Assembly: GCA_963785325.1 (NCBI GenBank)
Contig: CAWAVC010000046.1
Span: forward strand, 23,671-87,670
Reading direction: 5' to 3'
From: an uncultured Bacteroidales bacterium
GTDB lineage: Bacteria > Bacteroidota > Bacteroidia > Bacteroidales > FEN-979
Length of the DNA: 64,000 bases
Shown in pieces: positions 1 to 9,362 of this stretch (position 1 is the first letter of the stretch; each line of letters opens with the position of its first letter). Under the pieces are notes generated by a model. The model had not been told where the DNA came from and made no database searches. It saw nothing but the letters and a program-made list of their open reading frames with translations. The translations under genes and the position numbers were made by a program.

Positions 1-1308
1 GCTGGGATCCTGCCTTATTTAGGGATGACGACGGAAGTATGTATTTTTATTGGGGCAGCGGTAATGATCCAAAGTCTAATTATATCAAAGGAGTGGAGGT
101 GGATCCGCGTACTGGTTTTAAAAATAAAGGACCAGTCAGGGAATTGTTCTTTATTTACCCGGACGAACATGGATGGGAGCGTTTTGGAGAAAACAATTTA
201 GATACCCTCACCAGGCCTTACGTGGAGGGATCGTGGATGACAAAACACGATGGGAAATATTACCTGCAATATGCTGCCCCTGGAACCGAATGGAATATTT
301 ATGCCGACGGTGTATATGTTTCGGATCAGCCACTAGTGACCTTTCAAATATCAGCCTTATAATCCCTTTTCGTTCAAACCGGGAGGTTACATCAGAGGTG
401 CAGGACATGGCAGCACCATGCAAGATAATTATGGGAATTGGTGGCATGTAGCCACGATGCAAATATCTGTGAAGAATAAGTTTGAAAGAAGGATAGGACT
501 TTTTCCGGCCGGATTTGACAATGACGGTGAACTATACTGCAATACAGCATTCGGGGATTATCCTCAGCGTGTTGTTCCTGGCAAGGCGGATCATCTCAAG
601 GGAATATTTACGGGATGGATGCTACTATCATATAAAAAAGCGGCGATCGCTTCTTCTTCCGATAGTGATCACCCGGTGAACCTGGCCTTTGACGAAGATA
701 TAAAAACATACTGGGCTGCAAAAAGCGGAGATAAAGGAGAATTTCTGCAAGTAGACCTGGGTGGAATAAGAACAGTGCATGCTTTACAGGTTAACTTTGC
801 TGATCATCATGCAGATTTTTATGGCAAACAGCTGAATATTTATCAACAGTACCAGGTGATGGAATCAACAGATGGCATCACGTGGAGAATGATGATCGAT
901 AAGAGCCTTAATACAAATGACATTCCTGATGACTATACAGAATTACAACAACCTGTTAAAACCCGCTATCTGAAACTGGTGAATATAAATATGCCAGGTG
1001 GATATTTTGCCATTGGTGATTTTCGTGTTTTTGGATTGCAGGATGGCGCTAAACCTGAGATGGTAAAGAATCTTACCGCAATCCGGGCTTCCGACGAACG
1101 CAATATAACTCTAAGATGGAATGCCGTGAAGGAAGCATATGCATACAATATTTATTACGGCATTGAGCCTCAAAAACTGTATAACTGCATCATGGTGATT
1201 GACCAGAACCATTATAATTTCCACGGGTTGAACCGTGATGCAGACTATTATTTCTCAATTCAGGCTGTTGGGGAAACGGGCGTGTCTGTAATGAGCAGCG
1301 TGAGATAA
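1..1308 (+). pseudogene. GH43-family glycoside hydrolase with C-terminal F5/8 type C (discoidin/CBM32-like) and Fn3-like modules. The 5' end lies outside the window and the frame is broken near 336-340.
   Basis: ORFs 39..362 and 418..1308 are one gene. Frame 3 reads ...EGSWMTKHDGKYYLQYAAPGTEWNIYADGVYVSDQPLV and then stops at 360. Frame 1 is open from 340 and continues PFKYQPYNPFSFKPGGYIRGAGHGSTMQDNYGNWWHVATM. The later segment DEDIKTYWAAKSGDKGEFLQVDLGG looks like a discoidin domain. Confidence 0.75.
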
Positions 1309-1423
1309 AAAATTAATGCCAACCCGGGAAGATTTGAATTTCCTGTTTGCCAGATAATGATTTTATGATGACATTTGCACCGGTTTTAAACGGAATTCAT
1401 GACATCTAAAATCGCTTAAGGTC

Positions 1424-2707
1424 GTGAGAATAATTGCATTAATTATTGTTTTAGTTCTTGTAAGCTTTCTGACACTTGCTCAACAGTCAGACACATCGAA
1501 GAATGACTGGTTTACTATTCATGCTCAGACAACGATAATCAATCAGTTCAAGCCTGCTTTTTCTGCAAAGTACACAGGTGACAACAGTTTAACGACCCAG
1601 CAGGAAGATAAAACTTCCATCACTTCGACGCTCTTTCTTGGAGCACGACTGTGGAAAGGTGCCAGTGTTTTTCTTGATCCTGAACTTGGAGGCGGCTATG
1701 GACTTAGTCAAACAGTTGGAATTGCAGCAGCGCCCAATGGCGAAACTTACAGGATAGGTAACCCTGCACCACAAGTCTATATAGCCCGTTTATTTTACAG
1801 ACAAATTTTTGCTTTGGGCCCTGCAAGAAATTATCAGGAGAATGACTTTAATCACCTTGGTGAATATCTGCCCGACAGGTATCTTGCTTTGACAATTGGG
1901 AAAATAGGGATCACAGACTATTTTGATGACAACAAGTACAGCCATGATCCCCGTACACAATTTATGTGCTGGGCATTAATGGATAATGGTGCTTGGGATT
2001 ATCCGGCCAACACCCGTGGCTATTCACCAAGTATTGTCTTGGAATTTGTATCATCGCGGAATGAACTCAGATACGGATTTTCATTGGTACCTCTGGTTGC
2101 CAACGGGAGCTTTATGAATTGGCATATCCTCGAAGCAAATTCGCACTCACTTGAATATACATATCGGTACAAATTGAATAAACGGAATGGGGCCATACGT
2201 TTATCAGGATTTTTTACAACAACAAATATGGGTAATTACAGGGAAAGTCTGAACTTAGATCCGCAACACCCTGTTATCGAGAATACCAGGGAAAATGGTC
2301 ACACGAAATATGGTTTTGGAATTAATGCTGAACAGGAAATAAATGATTTTACAGGTTGTTTTTTAAGGGCAGGATGGAACGATGGAAACAATGAGACTTG
2401 GGCATTTACCGAGATCGACCGTACTATAAGTGCAGGAATCACGGTGACTGGAGAAAGATGGAGCCGTAAAAATGATAATATAGGATTAGCCTATGTTGTA
2501 TCAGGAATTTCAAAGTCTCACAGGGACTACTTACAAGCTGGAGGAGAAGGATTCTTACTTGGTGATGGATATCTTAATTATGGGTTTGAACATCTGACAG
2601 AACTTTATTATTCTGCTGAATTAGTTAGAAATCATATTTATTTGAGCTTAGCCTATCAGCTTTTAGTGAACCCAGGCTACAATATAGACAGACAAGGTTC
2701 CGGTTAA
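1424..2707 (+). CDS. Carbohydrate-selective porin, OprB-like outer-membrane beta-barrel
   Basis: 427-aa ORF with a GTG start and signal peptide MRIIALIIVLVLVSFLTLAQQ. The N-terminal TIHAQTTIINQFKPAFSAKYTGDNSL and the alternating aromatic/glycine beta-strand pattern recall the OprB family. It sits beside a GH43 gene. Confidence 0.6.
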   Translation: MRIIALIIVLVLVSFLTLAQQSDTSKNDWFTIHAQTTIINQFKPAFSAKYTGDNSLTTQQEDKTSITSTLFLGARLWKGASVFLDPELGGGYGLSQTVGIAAAPNGETYRIGNPAPQVYIARLFYRQIFALGPARNYQENDFNHLGEYLPDRYLALTIGKIGITDYFDDNKYSHDPRTQFMCWALMDNGAWDYPANTRGYSPSIVLEFVSSRNELRYGFSLVPLVANGSFMNWHILEANSHSLEYTYRYKLNKRNGAIRLSGFFTTTNMGNYRESLNLDPQHPVIENTRENGHTKYGFGINAEQEINDFTGCFLRAGWNDGNNETWAFTEIDRTISAGITVTGERWSRKNDNIGLAYVVSGISKSHRDYLQAGGEGFLLGDGYLNYGFEHLTELYYSAELVRNHIYLSLAYQLLVNPGYNIDRQGSG

Positions 2708-2799
2708 CATTTTTTCTGTGCGGCTACACGCCAGGATTTGATAAAATATTAGAAATTACTGCTGCATTAAATATGCGAATGATTCCTATTCTGATGCAA

Positions 2800-2807
2800 T
2801 AATTTTG
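2800..2807 (+). promoter_or_regulatory. Bacteroidota -7 promoter box (TAATTTTG) upstream of sufB
   Basis: Exact match to the TAnnTTTG consensus, 75 nt upstream of the sufB ATG. No clear -33 TTTG at the canonical spacing. Confidence 0.4.
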
Positions 2808-2882
2808 TACCTTTACATTTCAAAAACACTGTTTTTCCAGTTGATACGATTTGTGTTTAGACTTATTCTAATTTGATTTTCA

Positions 2883-4331
2883 ATGGAATCTGACTCAAAT
2901 AAAATAATAGATTCGTTTACCCAGGGAGAATATAAATTCGGTTTTGTCACAGATATTGAAACCGATATGGCCCCAAAAGGGTTAAATGAAGATATCATCC
3001 GCTTGATTTCTGAAAAAAAGAAAGAACCGGAATTCATGCTTGAATTCCGCCTGAAAGCTTACAGGCACTGGCTTACCATGAAAATGCCCGGCTGGGCCAA
3101 TCTGAAAATTCCCCCTATCGATTTTCAGGATATCATCTATTTTGCGGCCCCGAAAAAGAAAAAACAACCGGCCGGTTTAGATGAAGTCGACCCTGAATTA
3201 CTGAATACCTTCAACAAGCTTGGTATCTCCCTTGAGGAACAAAAAAAGCTTAGCGGGGTTGCCGTGGATGCCGTGATGGACAGTATCTCAGTGAAGACTA
3301 CCTTTAGTGACACCCTTTCAAAGCTGGGTATTATATTTTGTTCTTTCAGTGAAGCTGTTCAGAAACATCCCGACCTAATAAAACAATACATGGGGTCGGT
3401 GGTTCCTTATACCGATAATTTTTTTGCCACGCTGAACTCCGCCGTATTCACTGACGGGTCATTCTGCTTTATCCCAAAAGGTGTTCGCTGTCCCGTTGAA
3501 CTTTCGACCTACTTCAGGATCAACGCTGCCAATACCGGCCAGTTTGAGAGAACCCTGATCGTTGCAGAGGAAGGGGCATATGTTAGCTACATGGAAGGCT
3601 GTACGGCTCCCCGGCGTGACGAGAACCAGCTTCATGCCGCAATTGTCGAGATTGTGGCCATGAAAGATGCCCAGGTGAAATATTCCACAGTTCAGAACTG
3701 GTATCCGGGGAATAAAAAAGGTGAAGGAGGAATCTTCAATTTTGTAACCAAGAGAGGCATCTGTAAAGGAAGCAACTCAAAGATCTCCTGGACTCAGGTG
3801 GAAACCGGTTCGGCCATTACTTGGAAGTATCCCGGTTGTATCCTTTTAGGCGATAACTCGGTAGGTGAATTTTATTCGGTAGCTGTTACCAATAACATGC
3901 AGCAGGCTGATACTGGGTCTAAAATGCAACACCTTGGTAAAAACACGAAGAGTACAATCATCTCTAAAGGAATCTCGGCAGGACACGGTAACAACAGTTA
4001 CAGAGGGTTGGTGAGGATAGCGAAGAATGCAGTAAACTCGCGGAACTATTCCCAATGCGACTCACTTCTTCTTGGTGATAAATGCGGAGCACATACGTTT
4101 CCTTATATGCAGGTGGAGAACAAATCATCCATTGTTGAACATGAAGCAACGACATCAAAAATTTCAGAGGACCAGCTTTTTTATTGTCAGCAGAGAGGTA
4201 TCGATATGGAAAATGCCATAGGTCTGATCGTAAATGGTTATGCTAAAGAAGTACTGAAACAACTTCCAATGGAATTTGCAGTGGAAGCACAGAAGCTGTT
4301 ATCCATCAGTTTAGAGGGGAGCGTAGGGTAG
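2883..4331 (+). CDS. sufB: Fe-S cluster assembly scaffold SufB
   Basis: 482 aa. Typical SufB sequence ([51 protein letters not shown]). First gene of a sufB-C-D-S-E series. Confidence 0.95.
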   Translation: MESDSNKIIDSFTQGEYKFGFVTDIETDMAPKGLNEDIIRLISEKKKEPEFMLEFRLKAYRHWLTMKMPGWANLKIPPIDFQDIIYFAAPKKKKQPAGLDEVDPELLNTFNKLGISLEEQKKLSGVAVDAVMDSISVKTTFSDTLSKLGIIFCSFSEAVQKHPDLIKQYMGSVVPYTDNFFATLNSAVFTDGSFCFIPKGVRCPVELSTYFRINAANTGQFERTLIVAEEGAYVSYMEGCTAPRRDENQLHAAIVEIVAMKDAQVKYSTVQNWYPGNKKGEGGIFNFVTKRGICKGSNSKISWTQVETGSAITWKYPGCILLGDNSVGEFYSVAVTNNMQQADTGSKMQHLGKNTKSTIISKGISAGHGNNSYRGLVRIAKNAVNSRNYSQCDSLLLGDKCGAHTFPYMQVENKSSIVEHEATTSKISEDQLFYCQQRGIDMENAIGLIVNGYAKEVLKQLPMEFAVEAQKLLSISLEGSVG

Positions 4332-4429
4332 CTGGCGAATTAGCCAACTGGTAAACTGGTGAACTGGCGAATAAAAAAGATAATAATAAAATAAAATTCG
4401 TAATTCGTAATTTTTAATTCGTAATTAAT
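4332..4429. repeat. Intercistronic tandem arrays: five octamers (CTGGyrAA-like, 4332-4371) followed by five heptamers (AATTCGT/AATTTTT/AATTAAT, 4395-4429)
   Basis: Read directly: ctggcgaa|ttagccaa|ctggtaaa|ctggtgaa|ctggcgaa, then aattcgt|aattcgt|aattttt|aattcgt|aattaat. These fill the sufB stop to sufC start spacer. Confidence 0.8.
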
Positions 4430-4434
4430 TAAAC

Positions 4435-5187
4435 ATGTTGCTATCTATAAAGAATCTTCATGCTTCCATCAACGGGAAAGAGATACTCAGGGGGATCAAC
4501 CTTGAAGTGAACAAGGGAGAGGTACATGCAATCATGGGACCGAACGGGACAGGAAAAAGCACGTTAGCATCTGTCATTGCGGGAAGAGAAATGTTTGAAG
4601 TGACGGAAGGGGAGATCACCTTTAAGGGCAAGAATCTGCTGAAGCTTCCGATTGAGGATCGTGCCAGGGAAGGGATATTTATCGGTTTCCAGTACCCGGT
4701 TGAGATCCCTGGGGTCAGCATGACAAATTTTATGCGGACTGCCGTTAATGAACTCAGGAAGTACAAGGGATTGGATCCTGTTCCTGCTGTTGAATTCTTA
4801 AAGATGATGGAAGAAAACAAACGTTTAGTCGAGATCCAGTCGAGTCTGACGAACCGTTCGGTAAATGAGGGATTCTCGGGTGGGGAAAAGAAAAAGAACG
4901 AGATTTTCCAGATGGCTATGCTTGAACCTATCCTGGCTATTCTCGATGAAACAGATTCGGGGTTGGATATTGATGCTCTGCGTATAGTTGCCAATGGAGT
5001 AAATAAACTTCGTACCAAAGAGAATGCCTATGTGATCATCACTCATTATCAGCGTTTACTCGATTATATCGTTCCCGATTTTGTACATGTTCTTTTCCAA
5101 GGAAGAATTGTTAAATCAGGACATAAAGAGTTGGCATTTGAATTGGAAGAAAAAGGATATGACTGGATCAAGAAAGAATTTGAATAA
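4435..5187 (+). CDS. sufC: Fe-S cluster assembly ATPase SufC
   Basis: 250 aa. Walker A GPNGTGKST, signature-like FSGGEKKKNE, Walker B ILAILDETDSGLD. Confidence 0.95.
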   Translation: MLLSIKNLHASINGKEILRGINLEVNKGEVHAIMGPNGTGKSTLASVIAGREMFEVTEGEITFKGKNLLKLPIEDRAREGIFIGFQYPVEIPGVSMTNFMRTAVNELRKYKGLDPVPAVEFLKMMEENKRLVEIQSSLTNRSVNEGFSGGEKKKNEIFQMAMLEPILAILDETDSGLDIDALRIVANGVNKLRTKENAYVIITHYQRLLDYIVPDFVHVLFQGRIVKSGHKELAFELEEKGYDWIKKEFE

Positions 5188-5201
5188 AACCTTCCGGAAA
5201 T

Positions 5202-6623
5202 ATGACAGGTAAGATAACAACAACGCTCAAAGAGATTATCACAAAGGAAAGGATGATCACACTTTTTGAGAAGAACCGGAAGGAGATTTTCAAAAATGAT
5301 CCGGAACCGATAAGCCAACTCCGGGAAAAAGCATTTGATTCTTTTACTTTGCTTGGCCTTCCGAACAACCGGATAGAAGATTGGAGGAATACCGATCTGA
5401 AGGAATGGCTTGGGAAAGAATATGAATATTATTTTCATCCTTTACCCGGGATGGATGTCCACAAGATATTTCGTTGCAACATACCCCATCTCGACACGGC
5501 GATTATCGGCCAAATGAATGGGTGGTATGTTTCAAAAGATGTTCCATTGATCCGGTTAGGAAACGGGATGATCCTGGGAAGCCTTGCACAGGCATTCACA
5601 GAATACCCAGAGATCATGCAACAACATTATGGAAAATACGCTGGTACGGGTAAAAATGGTTTTACCGATCTGAATACTGCTTTTGCCCAAGATGGCATTT
5701 TTATCTATGTGCCTGATAATGTTCACAGTCCGAAACCCATCCAACTGATCAATGTGATCCAGCACGATGAGAACATTTTTCTACAATCAAGGAACCTGAT
5801 CCTTTTGGGTAAAAATGCTCAACTCTCAGTCGTCCATTGTGATGATTCATATAATCACCAGGCCAGCTTTTCAAATATCGTTACCGAGGTTCATCTTGAT
5901 GAAGGAGCCTTCATGGATCATTACAAACTCCAAAACCTTAACAATAACTCTACGTTGATCAACAATACAGTATTCCAGTTAGAGAAAAATGCTGAACTCG
6001 TTTCGAATTTTATTACCCTGAACGGAGGAATGCTTCGGAATGACACTCGTGTTCTTTTTAACGGGTCTCATGGAACTGCCAGTATAAATGGCTTGTACCT
6101 GATGGATCGCAAGCAGCATATTGACAACCATCTATATGTTGATCATGCATCTCCTTATTGTACCAGCATGGAAATGTTCAAAGGTATTTTGGATGAAAAT
6201 TCGTCCGGTGTTTTTAACGGACATGTCTATGTTCGTAAAGACGCTCAAAAGACAAATGCTTACCAAGGCAACCGAAACATTTTGCTGACAGATAACGCGA
6301 AAGTCAATTCAAAGCCTTTCCTTGAGATTTATGCAGATGATGTAAAATGCAGTCATGGATCCACAACCGGCCAGCTTAATACCGAATCAATGTTCTACCT
6401 GATGCAACGTGGGATTGGCCCTGAAAGCGCACGGATGCTGCTTTTATTTGCATTTGCAAATGAAATTGTAGGTAAAATATCCATTCCTGAACTTCGTTTC
6501 CGTATAGAAGACATGGTGAAAAAACGTCTCCAGGGGGAATTACAGATCTGCGAACAATGTGTGCTCCATTGCAGCACACCGGAACATCCGATGGAGTTTA
6601 ATATTGATATGAGTAAGGTATGA
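5202..6623 (+). CDS. sufD: Fe-S cluster assembly protein SufD
   Basis: 473-aa SufB/D-family paralog directly after sufC. The C-terminal FLEIYADDVKCSHGSTTGQL is typical of the family. Confidence 0.9.
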   Translation: MTGKITTTLKEIITKERMITLFEKNRKEIFKNDPEPISQLREKAFDSFTLLGLPNNRIEDWRNTDLKEWLGKEYEYYFHPLPGMDVHKIFRCNIPHLDTAIIGQMNGWYVSKDVPLIRLGNGMILGSLAQAFTEYPEIMQQHYGKYAGTGKNGFTDLNTAFAQDGIFIYVPDNVHSPKPIQLINVIQHDENIFLQSRNLILLGKNAQLSVVHCDDSYNHQASFSNIVTEVHLDEGAFMDHYKLQNLNNNSTLINNTVFQLEKNAELVSNFITLNGGMLRNDTRVLFNGSHGTASINGLYLMDRKQHIDNHLYVDHASPYCTSMEMFKGILDENSSGVFNGHVYVRKDAQKTNAYQGNRNILLTDNAKVNSKPFLEIYADDVKCSHGSTTGQLNTESMFYLMQRGIGPESARMLLLFAFANEIVGKISIPELRFRIEDMVKKRLQGELQICEQCVLHCSTPEHPMEFNIDMSKV

Positions 6624-6704
6624 GATCAGAGGTCAGAGAATTGAGGATGGAGGATAGAAGCTGGATAATGGATATTGAGAATTTCATAATTCGTAATTTT
6701 TGAT
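6621..6704. repeat. Degenerate heptamer tandem array (about 12 units, consensus RGAGRAT grading into TCGTAAT) filling the sufD-sufS spacer
   Basis: Parsed in register: tgagatc|agaggtc|agagaat|tgaggat|ggaggat|agaagct|ggataat|ggatatt|gagaatt|tcataat|tcgtaat|ttttgat. Column 7 is T in 10/12 units (C in the other 2), column 2 is G in 8/12, column 3 is A in 9/12. Confidence 0.7.
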
Positions 6705-7926
6705 GAGTAGTTTTCCCGTAAATAAAATCAGAGAGGATTTCCCAATCCTTCGGCAGAAGGTTTATAACCGACCACTGGTTTATTTAGACAATGCGGCTTC
6801 TACCCAAAAACCGGTTCAGGTCATCCGTGCAATTGCAGGTTATTATGAAACTGATAATTGCAACATCCACAGGAGTGTACATTTCCTTAGCCAAAGGGCT
6901 ACAGAAGTTTATGAAGATACAAGAAAAATGGTTCAGCGTTTCATCAATGCTGCATCTTCGAATGAAATCATCTTTACGAAAGGAGCTACTGAATCCATCA
7001 ACCTTGTCGCCTCTTCTTTCGGGCAAAAATATATTTCACGCGACGATGAAGTGCTGATTTCCATTATGGAACATCATTCGAATTTGGTTCCATGGCAACA
7101 GATGTGCATAGAAAGAGATGCGAAGGTCAAATATATTCCCATCCATGAGAACGGAGAACTCGATATAGATGCTTTTCACAAGCTCGTGAATGAAAAGACA
7201 AAACTGATTGCTATTACACATGTCTCCAACGTACTTGGAACCATTAACCCGATAAAAGAGATAATCGCTTATGCGCATTCCTTTAATATTCCGGTACTGG
7301 TGGATGGGGCACAGTCGATTTCACATCTGGGAGCCGATATGCATGACCTCGATTGTGATTTTTATTGTTTTTCCGGTCATAAAATGTATGCACCGATGGG
7401 GATCGGTGTTCTTTACGGGAAGGAAAAATTTCTGGAAGCTTTACCGCCTTACCAATCAGGAGGTGAAATGATCAAAACAGTTCGTACCGATCGTACGACA
7501 TTTAACGATTTGCCTTTTAAATTTGAAGCTGGAACACCCAATGTGGAAGGAGTCTACGGGTTGCATGCCGCGATTCTCTACCTGCAGAATCTTGGGATGG
7601 ATAATATCCGGAATTATGAACAAGAGATCCTTAATTATGCGACAGATAAACTCGCGGCCATGGGAGATATCCGTATTGTTGGCACGGCTAAGGAAAAGAT
7701 CAGTCTTATTTCTTTTCTTATAAATGGAATTCATCCGTATGATGCAGGCGTTATTATCGATAAAATGGGGATTGCGGTAAGAACCGGGCACCATTGTGCA
7801 ATGCCGTTGATTGAATGGTATAAAATCCCGGCAACGGTGAGAGCTTCATTTGCATTTTACAATACGGTAGAAGAGATAGATTTACTAATGGAAGCTATAA
7901 TTAAGGTAAAACAGATATTTGTATAA
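6703..7926 (+). CDS. sufS: Cysteine desulfurase SufS (class V aminotransferase fold)
   Basis: About 407 aa. PLP-lysine context FSGHKMYAPMGIGVLYG and catalytic-loop context RTGHHCAMPL. The ORF track starts at TTG 6700; the adjacent ATG 6703 is the likelier start. Confidence 0.93.
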   Translation: MSSFPVNKIREDFPILRQKVYNRPLVYLDNAASTQKPVQVIRAIAGYYETDNCNIHRSVHFLSQRATEVYEDTRKMVQRFINAASSNEIIFTKGATESINLVASSFGQKYISRDDEVLISIMEHHSNLVPWQQMCIERDAKVKYIPIHENGELDIDAFHKLVNEKTKLIAITHVSNVLGTINPIKEIIAYAHSFNIPVLVDGAQSISHLGADMHDLDCDFYCFSGHKMYAPMGIGVLYGKEKFLEALPPYQSGGEMIKTVRTDRTTFNDLPFKFEAGTPNVEGVYGLHAAILYLQNLGMDNIRNYEQEILNYATDKLAAMGDIRIVGTAKEKISLISFLINGIHPYDAGVIIDKMGIAVRTGHHCAMPLIEWYKIPATVRASFAFYNTVEEIDLLMEAIIKVKQIFV

Positions 7927-7954
7927 TCTGTCAGCCAGACAAAGCAAATAATAT

Positions 7955-8386
7955 ATGACTATTTCAGATGTACAGGAAAAGATCATTTCCGAATTTTCAC
8001 TTTTTGCAGGATGGGAAGAAAAATACAGATATCTTGACGAAATGGCAAGATCTCTTCCAATCATTAATGAAAAGTACAAAACCGATCAATATGTAATATC
8101 CGGGTGCCAGTCGACAGTCTGGCTTTATGCGGAATACAGGGATGGGAGAATTTTCTTTTCTGCCGACAGCGATGCCATTATAACCAAAGGAATAGTCGGC
8201 CTGCTTATTCGCGTGTTATCCGGTCATACCCCTGACGAAATCCTGGAAGCCGATATGGATTTCATTGAGGAAATAGGATTGCGTGAGCATCTTTCGCCAA
8301 CACGGTCCAACGGGCTCACATCCATGATCAAGCAAATGAAACTTTACGCTCTCGCTTTCAAGGCAAAGTCAACTTCGGGGAATTGA
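7955..8386 (+). CDS. sufE: Sulfur acceptor SufE
   Basis: 143 aa with the Cys-bearing ISGCQSTVWL motif and the C-terminal SNGLTSMIKQMK typical of the SufE/CsdE family. Confidence 0.9.
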   Translation: MTISDVQEKIISEFSLFAGWEEKYRYLDEMARSLPIINEKYKTDQYVISGCQSTVWLYAEYRDGRIFFSADSDAIITKGIVGLLIRVLSGHTPDEILEADMDFIEEIGLREHLSPTRSNGLTSMIKQMKLYALAFKAKSTSGN

Positions 8387-8388
8387 TC

Positions 8389-9243
8389 CTATTTTTCATT
8401 TGGTTCCTTGATACCTGCATCGCGTGTAATTGTATCCGGCAGGAACAAGGGAGAATGCTGATGGATTAGCAGTGACATTTTATCACGCTGCAGGGTGTTC
8501 CATGTAACTGCATCTTCATAAGCGTCACTGTATGCTTTTCCTTTAACCATCTCTTGCCGTTCCATCATCTCAATACCGATTGAATATTCCGTTTCTTCAC
8601 AGGAAATCTGTCCATCAATCCATATCTCTTTCGAAGGAATGAAATGACAGGAAAGATCATTTCCACTGAAACCGAAATCAGGGAAAATATTCTTTCTTAC
8701 AAGATAACCGTCAACAATCCATATACTGATTCCATTTCGTACTCCGAGTGGTAACCGGTAAATGTTCTGCAAGTGGATGCTGTCAGGAATATCTTTAATC
8801 TCCTTGATATTATCGTGATCTGTCACTCCAACCCTCTGAAGCGAGGTCTCATGTTCCCGGCAAATACCTTCATAAATACGACGTGTTTTTACCTCCAGTT
8901 GAAGCGAAGAGTCATGTGCCTTAAGGTATGTCCAGCCAAATTTTGCCATCAAGTGACGTTCATTCAATTCGTGGATCAGGGTCATCTCAAATTCCTCGCA
9001 GGAAAGGGCATTATCAATCCAGATCTCTCCTTTGGGGTTAAACGGATAACGTTGTTCATTTCCTCCATAGAGAAAAGAATTATAGATCTTATGACGAACC
9101 TTATAACCGTCCACTATCCAGACATTATAACCATTCCGCTTTCCCCAATAGTACCGGTAAACGCCCTCGACACTTTTTTTATTCGTGCAACTGAACAGAA
9201 AAACAGCACTAATACTGAAAAAAAGAAAATAGCGAAGTCTCAT
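8389..9243 (-). CDS. Lipoprotein of unknown function built from two tandem copies of a roughly 95-aa domain
   Basis: Signal/lipobox AVFLFSC. Copy 1 is GYNVWIVDGYKVRHKIYNSF...PKGEIWIDNALSCEEFEMTLIHELNERHLM. Copy 2 is GISIWIVDGYLVRKNIFPDF...PSKEIWIDGQISCEETEYSIGIEMMERQEM. Confidence 0.7.
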   Translation of the reverse strand: MRLRYFLFFSISAVFLFSCTNKKSVEGVYRYYWGKRNGYNVWIVDGYKVRHKIYNSFLYGGNEQRYPFNPKGEIWIDNALSCEEFEMTLIHELNERHLMAKFGWTYLKAHDSSLQLEVKTRRIYEGICREHETSLQRVGVTDHDNIKEIKDIPDSIHLQNIYRLPLGVRNGISIWIVDGYLVRKNIFPDFGFSGNDLSCHFIPSKEIWIDGQISCEETEYSIGIEMMERQEMVKGKAYSDAYEDAVTWNTLQRDKMSLLIHQHSPLFLPDTITRDAGIKEPNEK

Positions 9244-9287
9244 AATAATGAAATAATGATTTGAGTTTCTAAAGAGAATCTAGATGT

Positions 9288-9295
9288 CAAAGATA
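9288..9295 (-). promoter_or_regulatory. -7 promoter box (TATCTTTG on the minus strand) for the 8389..9243 gene
   Basis: The reverse complement of caaagata is TATCTTTG, 44 nt upstream of the minus-strand ATG. Confidence 0.45.
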
Positions 9296-9335
9296 AATCA
9301 TTTGCTGCTTAATTTTAAGGAAGGGTTATTTTCGG

Positions 9336-9343
9336 TAATTTTG
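9336..9343 (+). promoter_or_regulatory. -7 promoter box (TAATTTTG) for the 9363 gene
   Basis: Exact TAnnTTTG match 19 nt upstream of ATG 9363. It is divergent from the box at 9288-9295. Confidence 0.45.
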
Positions 9344-9362
9344 CATCCTCATTAAAATCTCC

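Noticed and set aside
4458-5018. 186-aa ORF antisense to sufC (also 4825..5046 and 5064..5438)
   Set aside because: These are shadow ORFs on the opposite strand of a strongly supported ABC ATPase gene. The translation is low-complexity and Ser/Ile/Phe-rich with no motif.
8773-9264. 163-aa plus-strand ORF overlapping the 8389..9243 gene
   Set aside because: The minus-strand product has a lipoprotein signal and an internally duplicated domain. The plus-strand translation has no such structure.
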